Positions 1-13,900 of a DNA stretch of 64,000 bases are shown here, in pieces (positions within the stretch are counted from its first letter, which is position 1; every line of letters begins with the position of its first letter). Where the stretch lies: NCBI GenBank assembly GCA_044892525.1, contig CM097888.1, positions 4,154,001 through 4,218,000 of the forward strand. The letters run 5' to 3'. This DNA comes from Schmidtea polychroa. Its lineage: Eukaryota. Position numbers and translations under genes: made by a program. The notes below the pieces were generated by a model, which did no database searches, had not been told where the DNA came from, and worked only from the letters and a program-made list of their open reading frames with translations.

Positions 1-627
1 CCCCCCCCCCCAAAGATAATTTTTATGAATGTGTACAAGTATTAAGATTAATCCGATCACTGACACTGACAATTTAATATAATTTAATAATATATATTCT
101 ACTATCACTGCAGCATACAGCTGCTCAGAGTCACCGTTTACAGATTATTATTATTATTGATAGTACCCATTACTCTGCTATGTTGTTGGTTGTTCTTGGT
201 TGAAAAACAGATGGCGCCAGGACTTCCCAATTTGGCAATTCTCTATAAAATATACTTGACTCTTCCTGTTACATCTGCTACTGCTGAAAGAAGTTTCAGT
301 AGACTGAAAATCATCAAAAATTATTTGCGATTAACAATGACAAACGAATGTCTGTCTGGATTAGCATTTATTTCAATAGAACGCTAACTGGCTGAGAACA
401 TTGATTTTGAATCGATTATAAATCGTTTTGCTTCATTGAAGCAATTTAAATAATAAATAAACTTGTATGTTTGTTACATCAATAAATTTACTGAATATAA
501 TGCTTTTTAATAATATTAGTATTCACCCAATACTCGCGAAAATAAGTAGTACCATCTTCATAATTTGTGGAGCCCCATGAAAATTTTCCTCGCCCCCCCC
601 ACCCACCAAAATCTAAATTCGCCACTG
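1..627 (+). mobile_element. hAT DNA transposon 3' relic (C-terminal dimerization domain plus right TIR)
   Basis: 157-387 encodes LTLPVTSATAERSFSRLKIIKNYLRLTM..LSGLAFISIE, the hAT dimerization motif. Ends in AAATTCGCCACTG (615-627), reverse complement of a CAGTGGCG-type hAT terminus. Confidence 0.85.
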
Positions 628-930
628 TTACCAGGATACATTGTCGAACCACTTGACAAGGTTTCATAAATTGCCATAGTGTGTGATATAGGATCACTAG
701 AGTCCATAACGATACCCGAGGAACGACCTGAAACGTACAAAGAAAGAACTGCTTAATTGAAACATACATCATTGTTATTCCCGTAAACATTTTCATTGTC
801 ATAATCATCAACATTTCCCTTATCTCTATCATTAAAACTTTCAGTTGTGCATTAATTGTCTCTAACATAATTTGAGTCATGGATCCTCTGTCAGTTTTGG
901 GAATGTTGAACAGAACTTCTTGATCAGTTA
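628..930 (-). pseudogene. Degenerate actin pseudogene fragment
   Basis: Minus-strand pieces PKTDRGSMTQIMLET, MYVSI(q)[30 protein letters not shown] and [11 protein letters not shown] match actin [51 protein letters not shown] and TVLSGGTTMYPG. One 1-nt frameshift and a large internal deletion. Confidence 0.75.
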
Positions 931-1899
931 TCGAGATTGCATTGCCGGATGCGATAGATTTAAAACGAACAAATATATCCTTAGAGCTATTATGATTTAG
1001 GTTAATAATAGCGATGATCAAAACCGCATTCACAAAATAGCGACCATCAATAAGCAATAATTAAAAGGTGTATACATAGGCGTTAATTACTGAGTACAAA
1101 TCAAATTAATTTGAGCAGCAATAAAAAATTCTATTTAGCAGTAATCTATCGCTCCTATCAATACGTGGATCGGCAGACCGGCAAGAAAAGGTGGGCGAAG
1201 TGCTCCATTATTCGCTCATGTACTTTGTAACTGTTTCGATGCTGTTCAATACTATCTACCTAGAACCAATATTGAATTATCTGCGTGGAATTGGGCATAA
1301 CTTGAGTCTTCAAGTTTAATATTAAACATCTCCGAGCACCTGTTATCTGTATATTTTACATTATAACCTTGGTTATTTTATTCCATGTATACATTTTCAA
1401 TTTATATAATAAATCGCTGTTTTGATGGTCGCTATTTTGTGATCACTGTTATTATCGAATACCGATATTATCATTGTCAACACTTATAAATTCATATCTA
1501 TTCTTTAAGTTACACCATTTCATAATGAAAATTCGCCACAAACCTTTCTTAAAATAAACTTCTATAAACTCCAAAAAAATAAATCGATTAATAAAAATAT
1601 AAAAATCAAACATTTTCCATCGCGTCGGTGTGCGCAACCCAACAGAAAACATACAATCAATACTCAATGCGCACACAGGCTCAGGATTGACCAACAATCA
1701 TACATTGAAAATTATAAATGTACAAATTAAATAATCTGTACAATCTCTTCTCTTTAGTAATTTTAGACTAAAAAACAGATTTTCCTTAAAAACAGCTGTT
1801 TTACTGTTACTACTTCATAATAGTCAGAAACCCTAGTCAGTCTCCTAATTATTTTAAAACATCCCTCATATCATTCAATTTTTATTGCACGAGTCTATT

Positions 1900-4010
1900 C
1901 TAAAGGGTGTCATGTCTCCTATATTAAAATTTCTAATATTTGATTGTTTCGTTTCATCATTATTTAATTTTATTTTTTCTTTTATATCCTTTCTATTCTA
2001 ACTTCATTTTTTAGTATAATTCCATATATTTAATTTTTTCACTTAATGTTGGATACCATATTTTGTTCATTTTTTCTCAATCTTTCTTTGCCCAATTTTT
2101 ATGCTCTCTGCCCTGCATGAATATTATTTCTTATTGTCCAAATTTGTCTTTCTATCAATCCGTTTAAAGAGTGATTATAAATATTAGAGAATATTATATT
2201 TATATTGTGGTTATACAATACCTCAATTCATGTTTATTCATGGCGTGAGAGTCATACGCAATTACTATTGCCATACAGCCTCTATACGTTCAAAACTAGC
2301 ATTGGTATCTAAAATAAACTGCTTAGAAAAATCAGGAAAAGCCAATATAGGAAAATTCATTTTAAAATTGTTCTCCTAAATTTTGAAATAAACTTTGACA
2401 TTTGTCTGTCCATAGAATCTTCTGATTTCTGCGACATGACTTATCTAATTCTTTCAAGTGTTTTGGAAAATAAGGCACAAATTTTCTGAAATAATTTGCC
2501 AATTCTAGGAAACTTCTCACATTTTTACGCAATTAGGTTTTCTATAAATTGTTGTCTTGAATTTTACTATCACAAGTTCTAAGACTATCTGTATTAATAA
2601 TATGGCCTAAAGATTTTATTTTTTCTTAAAATGACATTTATTTAGATCGGATTCCGTATTTTTTCTAATACATTTTTAGTCTTTTATAATGACCTTATGA
2701 TAAGGATGAATATATAAGAATATTATCTAAGTACATGGTTGTTTCAGTTCCATTTAAAAACCTTAAAAACTCTATTCATCAATTTTTGAAAAGTAACAGG
2801 AGCTGCAACTGTACCAAATGGTATTCTATTAAAACAATACTGGTATTGATATAGCATGTATTGCTAAGTCATGCGTTGAGTCATTATGAGTACCAATCAT
2901 TTCCTCTATACTGTGGATTCGGAATATTGCTCGTTCTATCACATTGTTCAATGTCCTACAATCTAAGGATAATCTTATTTCTTCTTTATTTTTCTTTATA
3001 ACGTAGACTAATTCCAGCTAGATTCAATTCTTCTAATTATCCCATTTCTTTAACATTTTCTCCAATATGTGCATCGACCGTCATTTAGTTATAATTTTAT
3101 TAACAAATTTATCACCACATGGTCCACTCTTCTCAACCACGTATCGATCATTTCTAAATTGTTTCGGTTGTTGCACATTATAACATTGATGTTTGAAATG
3201 TCCATTTCTTTTACAGTGTCCACATTTTATATAAGGACATTCAACTCCTATTTAGGCCTTTTCGTGACATACCAAATATTTCTTAAGCATGCTTCCAAGA
3301 TTTCAATTAGTTTCCTCCCGTTTCCTTTAATGTTCATTTTTAATACCACCTTATCTCAATTGCTTTTGATATCTTGGACTTTTATTTGCCATCTTATATG
3401 AATCTTTGTCTGTGACAATGTTGGTTCATGATGGTATTGTCTATCAATTATTCTTTGATTTGTCCATAACTATCCTCTATCATAATTTGCTGCAGTTTTA
3501 TAGCTGTTAGATTCTAAAGCATTTTGCAACAAAAATATTATTAATTCTTCTTTCTTTAAATCATGCCTCAAAATATGTTTGGTCTACTTGTCAATTTTTC
3601 TAAAAGATTTATCTGCTAAGTTGTTCCGTTCGCGGGTTTTTTAAATGAAGATTCTAAGAATTACTGATTTTGATTCTTCATATTTCTTTACTGCTTCTAT
3701 TAATAAAAACGCTTCCACAAACGTTGATTTGAGTTCTTCCAATATATCAGTGTTTCTCAAACTATGGGTCGCGAAAGAATTTTTGGTGGGTCGCGATGAC
3801 TTATGGAAAGATCTACAAATATAAATTTTGGAAGTTTAAGCCTTTTAAATTTATTTAATCTTTGTCATGTGGGTCGCAATAAAATTTTTGGCATGAAATG
3901 TCAAAAATTTGGGTCGTGATCAAAAAAGTTTGAGAACCACTGCAATATATGTGCTTACTCAAAACATCTTTCAACTTCAATAAACTTCATCATTGGTCCT
4001 GGTGCGATCG
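1900..4010 (-). mobile_element. Highly degraded Ty3/gypsy LTR retrotransposon internal relic
   Basis: Minus-strand fragments with many stops and frameshifts: CCHC knuckle CGHCKRNGHFKHQC (~3190-3230), RT motifs EEIRLSLDCRTLN and FNRIPFGTVAAPVTFQKLMNRVF (~2760-3000), and VRSFLELANYFRKF (~2480-2520). Confidence 0.8.
3748..3942. mobile_element. hAT (Charlie/Buster-type) MITE, 195 bp
   Basis: TIRs CAGTGTTTCTCAAACT / AGTTTGAGAACCACTG. Perfect 8-bp TSD CAATATAT at 3740-3747 and 3943-3950. Inserted into the gypsy relic. Confidence 0.95.
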
Positions 4011-4279
4011 CCATGCTAAAATTTGAACGAGTCATTTAAAATTCGAGCCAGAAAAAATATATTATTTAAACAAAATTACAAATCATTGGTGAATTAATGT
4101 TTGCAAATGTTAAGCAATTCATCATAATTTATTCATTCATCACACATTACAATCATATATTGAAAATGATAAATATACAAATTAAATATAATTAATAATG
4201 ATTAATATTGATTAAATATAATTAATAAATATTATTATTGTTTATCATTATTATTAATAATTATATTATTTATAAGATT

Positions 4280-4842
4280 TTAACACACCTCTGATTCCTT
4301 TTTCTCTACAGCGTCTTCTTCATCTTGTGCTTCGGCAGCTGCGGCCGCGGCTTCTGCAGCTTCAGTAGCTGCTAATTCTTCTTCTTCCGCCTATACTGTA
4401 TTAAAATGTTAAATAAATTGTAATTGAACCTTTAATAACGCTGCTGCCTCTAACTCTTCACGTTCTTCTACTATTTTCTGTTGCAATACTGCCTCCGCTT
4501 CTTCTCTTTCTTCTTCTTCGAATTGATCTTTATCTAGTTTTACCAGTTTACGTAAATATGCCAAGATCTCCATTCGATAATCTTCCTCCTCACTAGCTGG
4601 GTTATCTAAATAATTATTTTCATTGATAAATTTAATTGTGGAAAACACTCCAAATATTAAAACATGGTCATTTAGATTTTTAACCTATGTCATGCATTTC
4701 TAGTTTTCTGCAAATGTATGTCGACTTATATATTCTACTTTTTCTATGAAATAAGAATGGATCTTATGGAATTTGTTCTTTCTAGAATTAAATGATTTGC
4801 TTGAGAGTTAACTCCTTTATAATCCAGAGTGTTAGTATAATG

Positions 4843-4923
<81 letters not shown>

Positions 4924-7900
4924 GGGAACCCTTCTTCCTATTCATTTACATAGATGTATCCTAAATATCAAATTAAAGAAATTTTATATCTTCCTTTCTA
5001 AATCAGATATATAATTATATATAAATATCATTATATAAATTATGCAAAAATAAATTAACATGATATGCTATGTGAAAAATATTTAACAATAATCTATTTT
5101 TATTAGAATTTATTGTGTTAATTCTTTTAAAATGACTTTATATAAACCTAAAATTTTATTTTATTTTTCTGCTGTAGGAAAATAAGAGAAATATGTAAAA
5201 TATATTAATCAATATCGGGTTTATCAATCTCTTCATAAGCAAATCGAGTAGATTTCAGCAGCACCGACATTTGTACCAAGTGTATTTGGCGTTTAGGAAA
5301 CTTGCTTCACAATAAATTTAATTGACTCTCCTATTTTCGGGTTGTTTGAATATTCAATTACAATGGAGCAGTCTCCATTATCTGAGCGTAATTTTTGATT
5401 TGTCCTTGACATATACATTTACTGGACGTTCTGTTATCGAGCAGCTTTACAAAATTTATCATTTGTAATATATATTCGATATAGATATGAAACGGTTCGT
5501 TGTTCCACAAGTTGTTATGACTCCAGAGTTTTGATTATTTATTTTTTAAATAAGAAATGCGATCTGATATTTGAACTAGGTGAATGAGTCATTCAAGGTC
5601 ATACGAGTCATTCGGCAAGGTCATATGAATCATTCAAAATTTTGAAGGTCCATTTTTACAATTTGAATTTTGAAAGTTCCTGCCCATGGATTTTATCGAT
5701 CGATGATTCAATTTAAAGGCCTTTCGCCAGTTCATTATATTGGAGTTTGTAGATCCGCAGTTTAGACAAATCTAGAACTGATTGACCGATATAGCTAGGT
5801 CTGTCTAAACATATAGAATTTTTATTCAGATGAGCAGCAATCAAGTCATCATCAATTTAGATTGATTTACTGAAAGTCGGTTTTAAGGCATATACAATCA
5901 TCTTTTCAGCTGTATTATATAGCCTCAAATTCATCCGTTTTCTAAGATTCTCTGTGGACTTACCGTATAAGCTGTTGTTATACAACTTAAACAAATCTCT
6001 GTATATCGGACAGAATTTAAGTGTGACATAAATATTGTTGCCGTCGATACCGACTCCTTTTCTTAGAAATAAAACACTGTAAGCTTGACGTTCTTTTACC
6101 GACAATGATAAGAGACAGCCTTCTAGATACTTTGAATTACGATCCTGCTCACTCTTTGTATTTAAAGAGTTTGGATTCAGCAATAGGAAAATTTAAGGAC
6201 GAAAGTAAAGGACTGGGTTTAATAAATGGTTTTTTTTTACGCCCAAAGTGTTATAATTTGTTGGGTAATAAGGCAACACTGAAGGCTAAGGGAGTTAACT
6301 TAGTAGGGACAGAGATAGGACACCAGACTTATTTAGACTGCTACAACAACAGCGTAGTATATACGGTACCACAGACAAGGATAGGGACCCGTAACCACCA
6401 GCTCTTTACTTAAGATAGCCTTGTCGAGCAACGATGACAAGAGTCTATGGATGGGGCCTAATACCTGTCTTGCATATGGACATTATTTAAGAGTAGATAT
6501 TCCAGATGTTGGCCAATTTTTGGTGGAATGAGCCCGGACTTCGATGATGATGATGATGATAGAGAGATTGACAATAATATTGATTGTGATGACGTCGATA
6601 TCGACGACATATTGTTATCCGATGATTAAACTGTCAGATTGATATATTGTTATTTTAATATAACTTTTTAAAAAACATTTATTTTTGTGTTAATTTTATA
6701 TGTAGAAATTTTTTATTATTGAAAAATCGTTATAGTTTTCATTACCTTTTCCATGATTAAACACTTTTTATAATATAATTTATAATATATTGGTAATAAA
6801 AATTAAACTCCATAAGGTGTTTAAACATGGAAAGAGTATTATCATTAAAAAATTTTATAATGAAAATATGTTATAGTTTTCTTGATTTAATTGAAAATAA
6901 TTTGGTAAAATAAAGTCTTCATATTTTATTTTAAATGTATGTTGCAGTAAGCATGCNNNNNNNNNNNNNNNNNNNNNNNNNNNNNNNNNNNNNNNNNNNN
7001 NNNNNNNNNNNNNNNNNNNNNNNNNNNNNNNNNNNNNNNNNNNNNNNNNNNNNNNNNNNNNNNNNNNNNNNNNNNNNNNNNNNNNNNAATAGTAATATAA
7101 AAAGTAATATAATTTAAATATAAAAAGATATATTAATATACCATTGCGACCAATACCCATAGGGAAACAAAATATCTTGTCGGAAAATATAATAATAATA
7201 TTATTAATAATAGTAATAATATATCCCGCTCGCACAATAGCCCTTTGAAAGACCTTTAAAATGAATCATCGATTGTGGAATACCTTATACAAAATGTTGT
7301 TCACTTCTTAAGAATGTTAAACTCAAAGGATGACGGTTTTAAAAGAATGGTAGTAAGTGATTTAAGTTATTCCCGAGGAAGAGGAATGGTTTATATACCA
7401 GTGTTGGAAATAAGGATTCCTGTCAAAAGGATCAAAGGAAAATTCAGCTTCATAATACACTTAATGATAATAGTTGATGAATTTGTATTAAAGATAGAGC
7501 ATAAAGAAAGATTTAGAATTATAAAAAAAGATAATATGGACGAAACTTGCTCCAAATTTCCTGGCTTAATGAGCATGATATATGCGGAAAGGTGGGAAAT
7601 AATGGTCTGCCAAGGACATATAGCGAAATCAATAGTGAATATGCATCAATCTTTATCCAGTTAGACTGCCTAACTGACGCACAATTTTAATTTTTATTAA
7701 AAGCCCGGAATAATATGCTGCAATTGAAATATACCCGGTTCCGACTTAGGGAAAATCTAGATATTATGTGTAGGCACTGCAAATCACTACCAGTGGCACA
7801 GAAACGCATTTTCAATCAATACTAGGCGAAAAAAACACAAATTTACTAAAAGTTGTCAGCGATTATTTAGTTTCAATAGGCATAGATACAAATATAGAAC

Positions 7901-10900
7901 TGGCTCCAGTAGGAATAGGAATAACGTTTCGATCAGATCTACTCATGAAATCACAAAGGAAAAAAATTATTTCATATTTTGGATTTGAAAGTTATAAATG
8001 AAGATAGTGAAAATTTTGCAAATGCCAGAAGAAATAATTTCGCAAAATTTTCCCAAATTGGTAAAAATAAACAACTGGTAAACCACGATATCAGCATTAG
8101 TGATTGGAACACTACCGTCTCCCCCCCCCCCTCCGAGGAGTATGCACGCGCAATCTTTTGTTTAAAAACATATTGAAATTATGAAAAATAAATTTTCTAT
8201 TTAAATTCTTAATTAGAATGCGCATTAAAATACAGTTCATTATCAACATATTGATCCATAACATTTTAAGATTTTTAAATTTTATAAAGATTTTTAGTGA
8301 AATTAAAAAGCTAAATTTAAAAAAATAGTACAGAATAAATATTTGGATTGATATTCATTTCATGTATCCAAAATTATCCTTAAATTTAACCATTGTTAAA
8401 GTTTCAGTTGAAAAATCACACTGATTGTCTTCGTGCAAATCATTTTTTAAAAGAATTAGATTAATCTTTATGTCGAATAGACTGGCAAATGCAAACAACT
8501 CTATTTTACTTTCAGTTAAGATTTCCTTGTTCAAACAAGTTTCTTCATCTTGATCAAAAAAGAATTTCAAGTAGTAACAAGGCTTGAGTATTTCAACGAG
8601 AACTAATTCAGGAATTCTGCAACTAATGCTGAGAATTTTGAAAAGTACTTTTCTGAATCGAAGAGGACTGAAAATTTAGAACTCACGAAGAAAATTTTAA
8701 TTCTGTCCCTTTTTTCTGAATTTATTTGAAATATTCCTGTACAAAAAATCCAATGCGTTTCGAGTGCCCTGATGTCAAACAAATTTCCGTTAAAATTAAG
8801 AAATGTAAATAAAAACCATTGAATTGTTTTTCGTTCAAAATACTAATTAAGAGATAAAAATAGCTGAAAGTAGATTCAATTGTGAAAAATAAGTGAGACT
8901 CAAAAATAGTCAATAATAATACATGATAATCAGTGTGGTTTTTATCTGACGGAACGCTCCGAAACGGCGTTCCGGCACCTTTTTTCGCTGAAGGATTTTA
9001 AAAAATTGACATATGTTTTGGTTTTTTGTTATACAGGAATACCTCGAACAGTACGGTTAATCGGTTCTGGAATTTACCCGTACTATTTGAAACCGGAGTA
9101 TTCGAGGCATTCTGGCGCTAATAAATTTACGGCTTAGTACCCCTATTAAGAAATTTAAAAATTGTGATTATAATCTAGTAAACAAAAAATATTTTGTTAT
9201 GTATTTTTATTTTTCTGACATTCAAGAGCAAAACAAGCATATTTAACACAGTTTATAATCCGGCAATACCAATTCATTGCAACTAAATCAAAAAAAAAGA
9301 ATTTATTTCATTTTAAAAATAAATTGTTAATAGCTGATGAAAAACAAGTAAATAAAATTAAATAAACACAACAATTTAATTTAAAAAAGATCAACAAAAG
9401 CAATTCACTTAAATTCTAATGTTTAGATTCATTTTTTATTGTTTAAAAATTTCAATAACGATGTCTGAACTTTTTTTGGTCGTTTCTCCTCATACCGTTT
9501 CTTTTAAGCAAAAAAAAACAATCATATTTTGAAAATTTCAAAACCGTACTATAGAGAAATCGTACTGATCGAAATCGTACTATGCGAGGTATTCCTGTAT
9601 TTCTATTTCTGACGTTTCAAATAGTCAATTACAATAAAATTAACTGTAGTCGTATGCCAAAGCGAGTGAATCATAACTCCGTGCTTCCTATGTGTTATTA
9701 CTATTATATAAAACGCCCTCACGGTAAATACACGTCATTAAAATCGTTTCCTGTCGTCGGTAATAAGTGTATATTTTGTGTCCTGCGTAATTATTTTATT
9801 TGTTAGCTAATTTCAACGTCATTTTTTTGCATATAAAGGATAGTACAGATACGTTCCGGCACCTTTTTTCCAGAAAAGAAGCACTGATGATAATTATCAT
9901 TAAAAGATTTTGCGAAAGTTATATTGACGTAAATCATGTATAAATATTAATGTTTGTTATATTAATGAAATTTGTGATGAGAATCTTTTTGAGTGCATAA
10001 GTAATGAGTTATTGTATTCTCTATGGTTCTCCACAACTCTGAATTTCCTAAATGAATTATGAATGAAGAAGTAGTGCTGGTTACGTTATCAAAGAAATCT
10101 GTCATATTAAGGCAGAAACAAAGACAAAGGAAGATAACTCCTTCCAACTAGACTAGAAGAAGGTTTAGAAATAAATGGAGTAGTACATCAATGTTATTAT
10201 ATATATATATATATATATATATTTAAAAATCCAATATATAATTAATAAGAATAAAGCTAAATCAATTTCAATATATATCAATTTATTGAGCATTTATTAT
10301 TTAAAACAATAAAGTGATAATTTAAGCCTTTTGCTGCGAATAATGTATTTAATGAAAATATTTTCGACGAATAAGACATTACTTTCTTGACTTATTAATT
10401 AAACGTAAAGATGAACAATATGAGACAGAAATTTACAGAAAATCAACAGATACCGGGCTCTATACTACCCCAGAGTTTTTGTGAATTTAAATATAAAAGA
10501 AACGTGGTGAAAGGATTGGAGCTTATCTTCCACTTTTAAAAACTCAGTAAAAAGTGGAGATAAATTAGTTGAATTACTGGTGAAGAATGGCTACTCAAAA
10601 CGGTTTTTATTGTTAACGTTGAAAGGGACTGTTGATAAATGTATGAATAATGCTAAGGATCGTAGTATGAATATATGTCGAATGATGTAGTGAATATGGG
10701 TATTGATACTAACAAACAAGATGAGCCAAAATATGCGATGGTATTGCCGTATTCTGAAGGATATAAAGATTTCAAAAGAAAGATTGGTAAACAGCTGGGT
10801 AAATTGAATTATAGAATTGCTTCAAAATCGTATAAAGTACGTAGTATGTTTGTTAGTAAGTTTTAGTAAGTTAATAAGTTTTTATAAGTTTTTGTATGTT

Positions 10901-13900
10901 GATGTATATTGAATAATAGTTATGTTATTAAATAATTAAAAAAATTAATTACAATAATATTTTTTAAATAATTTTAAAGTTTAAATATAATTGATTATTG
11001 AAAATTTTTTTAAAAAATATATAATTGCTTAAAATTTTTATTAATAATTTAAAATTTAAATATTTTATAATTTGTTTATACATTATCAATATAGTATAGT
11101 TATTAATCCGTCGTGAATGTAGGTAACCTGATGATGATGATGATGATGATAGTGATGCTATCGAAATATAATGTGAAAAAGATGTACGAATGGCGATTTT
11201 TATTAATAAAATCTTTACCGTGTCGATCTTATAGTCGAAAATGTTTTCATTAAATATATTATTCGCAGCAAAAAGCTTAAATTATCACTTTATTATTTAA
11301 TAAAATATATTAATTATACAACTTACATTTAGTAATGTTTTACAAATATTTACCTGATAGAATTAATGTTTTCAGATTAGGAATGCACTGCAACTTTCTC
11401 GCTTCCCTGACCTTTGTAATATTGTTTGCCCTGCATAGACATATATTTATCCCATATCACCCTATATCACAAACCTGAAATTGAGATATGACAAAGATAT
11501 CAGATTTGGTGAAAACCCATCGAGGTTCTCGATCTTATTGTCACGAAGATGAAGAGTTGTGAGGGAAACGAGATTTTCCAAACCCTCAATTTTGATAATT
11601 CCATTGCTAGCGAGATATAAAATTTTGAGATTAGGAAGATCGAATCCAGCAGTACTGGTCAGCCTATTACCATGTAGATCAAGGGTATGTAGGTTTTTCA
11701 ATATAGTTTTATCCAGAATGGGCCCATTTAATCCAACAGTCTCCAATATTTGATTAGCTGGAAGCATAATTTAAATAGGTTTAAATTTAAATAGGTTACA
11801 ATAAATTCGATAAATAACCAATAAAGTGAATTCCTATAACTTTATCCCTACCTCCTTCCTTCCCTCCTTCATATAGTGAAGACATTGGCATTTAAGAAAC
11901 AGGGTTTAGGTTTACGCCAGACAAGTAATGGGATAACACAATGTACCCTTATGTGTTCACACTATCCAATCATCAAGGAATAGATATTTCTATAAGATTG
12001 GGTTTGCAAAGGCTCACAAATATAGAATATATATTTACAATTAAATGAAATTGTCTTGTTAATACAATATGACACGCAGAAACCATCACAAACATATCAT
12101 TTTTTATTCCTGAAGTTGTAATTGTATCTAATAGGAAAACGGAGCACTGCGTGTCATTAGCAGATGCTCATAGAGTATAATTTAGTGTATACAAATCAAG
12201 GATAACAAAGTGTGACAAAAAGTGTTGGAAGTTTTATTGGATTATGGCATTATGGCAAGGATGAAGATTCTTCCAGATGGTCTTCTATCATATACCAATT
12301 TATTGAATTTGTGGTATGAAGCAAGGAAGGTTCTTCTTCAAAATCTTCTTCATATAGCTAATGGAGCATTCCTTTCGGGCTTTCCTTCAAATCATAAACA
12401 TTCCGAATTTCTTTAAATTTTGCAAAGATATTTTTTATAGTTTTCTCTATTGGAATTTCATTCTTTTTCCTACCTTTGTAAATATCTTCTAACACAAAGT
12501 TACTAATTCAAACTTCGCGATAAACAAAACTATTTCACACACAATTAGAATATCAACGCTATTGTAATACTAACTCAATAACAGAAATGCACATTATGTA
12601 AGAAAATATTAAATTTCAATTAATAAATGTTGCTGAAGTGCAAAATGATATTTGATATTAAATAATAAACCAATCCATTCATTAAAACAAAAAAATCGAT
12701 ATTATATAATTATGAGGATATATTGCGCAATAATTATGTGGTCAAGCTTGTTATACAAACCCCCGTTGTTATGTAATATACGAAGATTATGTAATACACA
12801 CAGGGCCCCTCCTGGTTCAGACCTGGCGCTGTGTTTAGATTTGATTTTATACGAAAAAAAGTTTAATTTAGCAGTTTATCTAATGACTCTCACCCTACCA
12901 CTCATCTCCTTCGATTCTCGTAATACAGCTCTTATTAACTTTCATTGTTACATTACGTAATACATCATATGATGCATTAAATCCAAATATCGATATTATA
13001 TAATAATATATGCTATATAGATCCACAGTATTGCGTAGTCAAGAATGCTGTAAAAACCCCGATTGTTATGGAATATATGATGTAATTACATCATCAATAA
13101 CCGTCCTAAGATTGTGTAATACCACTCTCTTGGTTCAGAAATGGCGCTGTTTAGATTTGATTTTATATGAGAAAACTTTAATTTAACAGATTATCTAATG
13201 ACTCTCACTCTACCACTCATTTCCTTCGATTCTCGTAATACAACTCTTATTAACTTTCGTTGTTACATTACGTAATACATCATAAAATGCATTAAAACAA
13301 AATATCGATATTATGTAATTATGTAATAATATATGCTATATATTATGGGCAAATGTGATGTATAAATGCCCAATTGTTATGTAATAGTGTATGCGATTAC
13401 ATCATCTCTACTCGACCGAAGTTTATGCAAAGTTTAGACCTGGCGCTGTGTGAAAAAAAGACAGAAATCTTTAGTTTCATTAGATTTGATTTTATACGAG
13501 TAGAAAACTTCAATTGAGCATTTTCTCTATCTGGTTTCATTCACTTTAAATTTGTTCGCTTTTGATCCCAATAAACAAAATTTCAGCCAATGAACTTACA
13601 GCCTATTATAAAACCATCTAAATGTTGGATTCCAATAAACCAAAATCATAAAATATATCATTATATATATATATATATATATATAGAAATTGCTCCCATC
13701 CCTCCCCACCTCTCACTATTCCATGCATTTATTCATTATTGCGCAATAACAATTACATAGATCAATGGTAAATCCTTTATTGCAACGGCATTAACCTCCT
13801 GTAAGTGTCACTACCATTAGCGTTTTATGGAAATCCCGATTGCTCCCCCTCACGGTAATCCTGGCCCTCCTGTCAATCAATTATTATCTCCGCTACTATC

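Noticed and set aside
488-1057. 189-aa ORF as a real gene
   Set aside because: It is a chimera of frameshifted actin pseudogene sequence and the hAT end.
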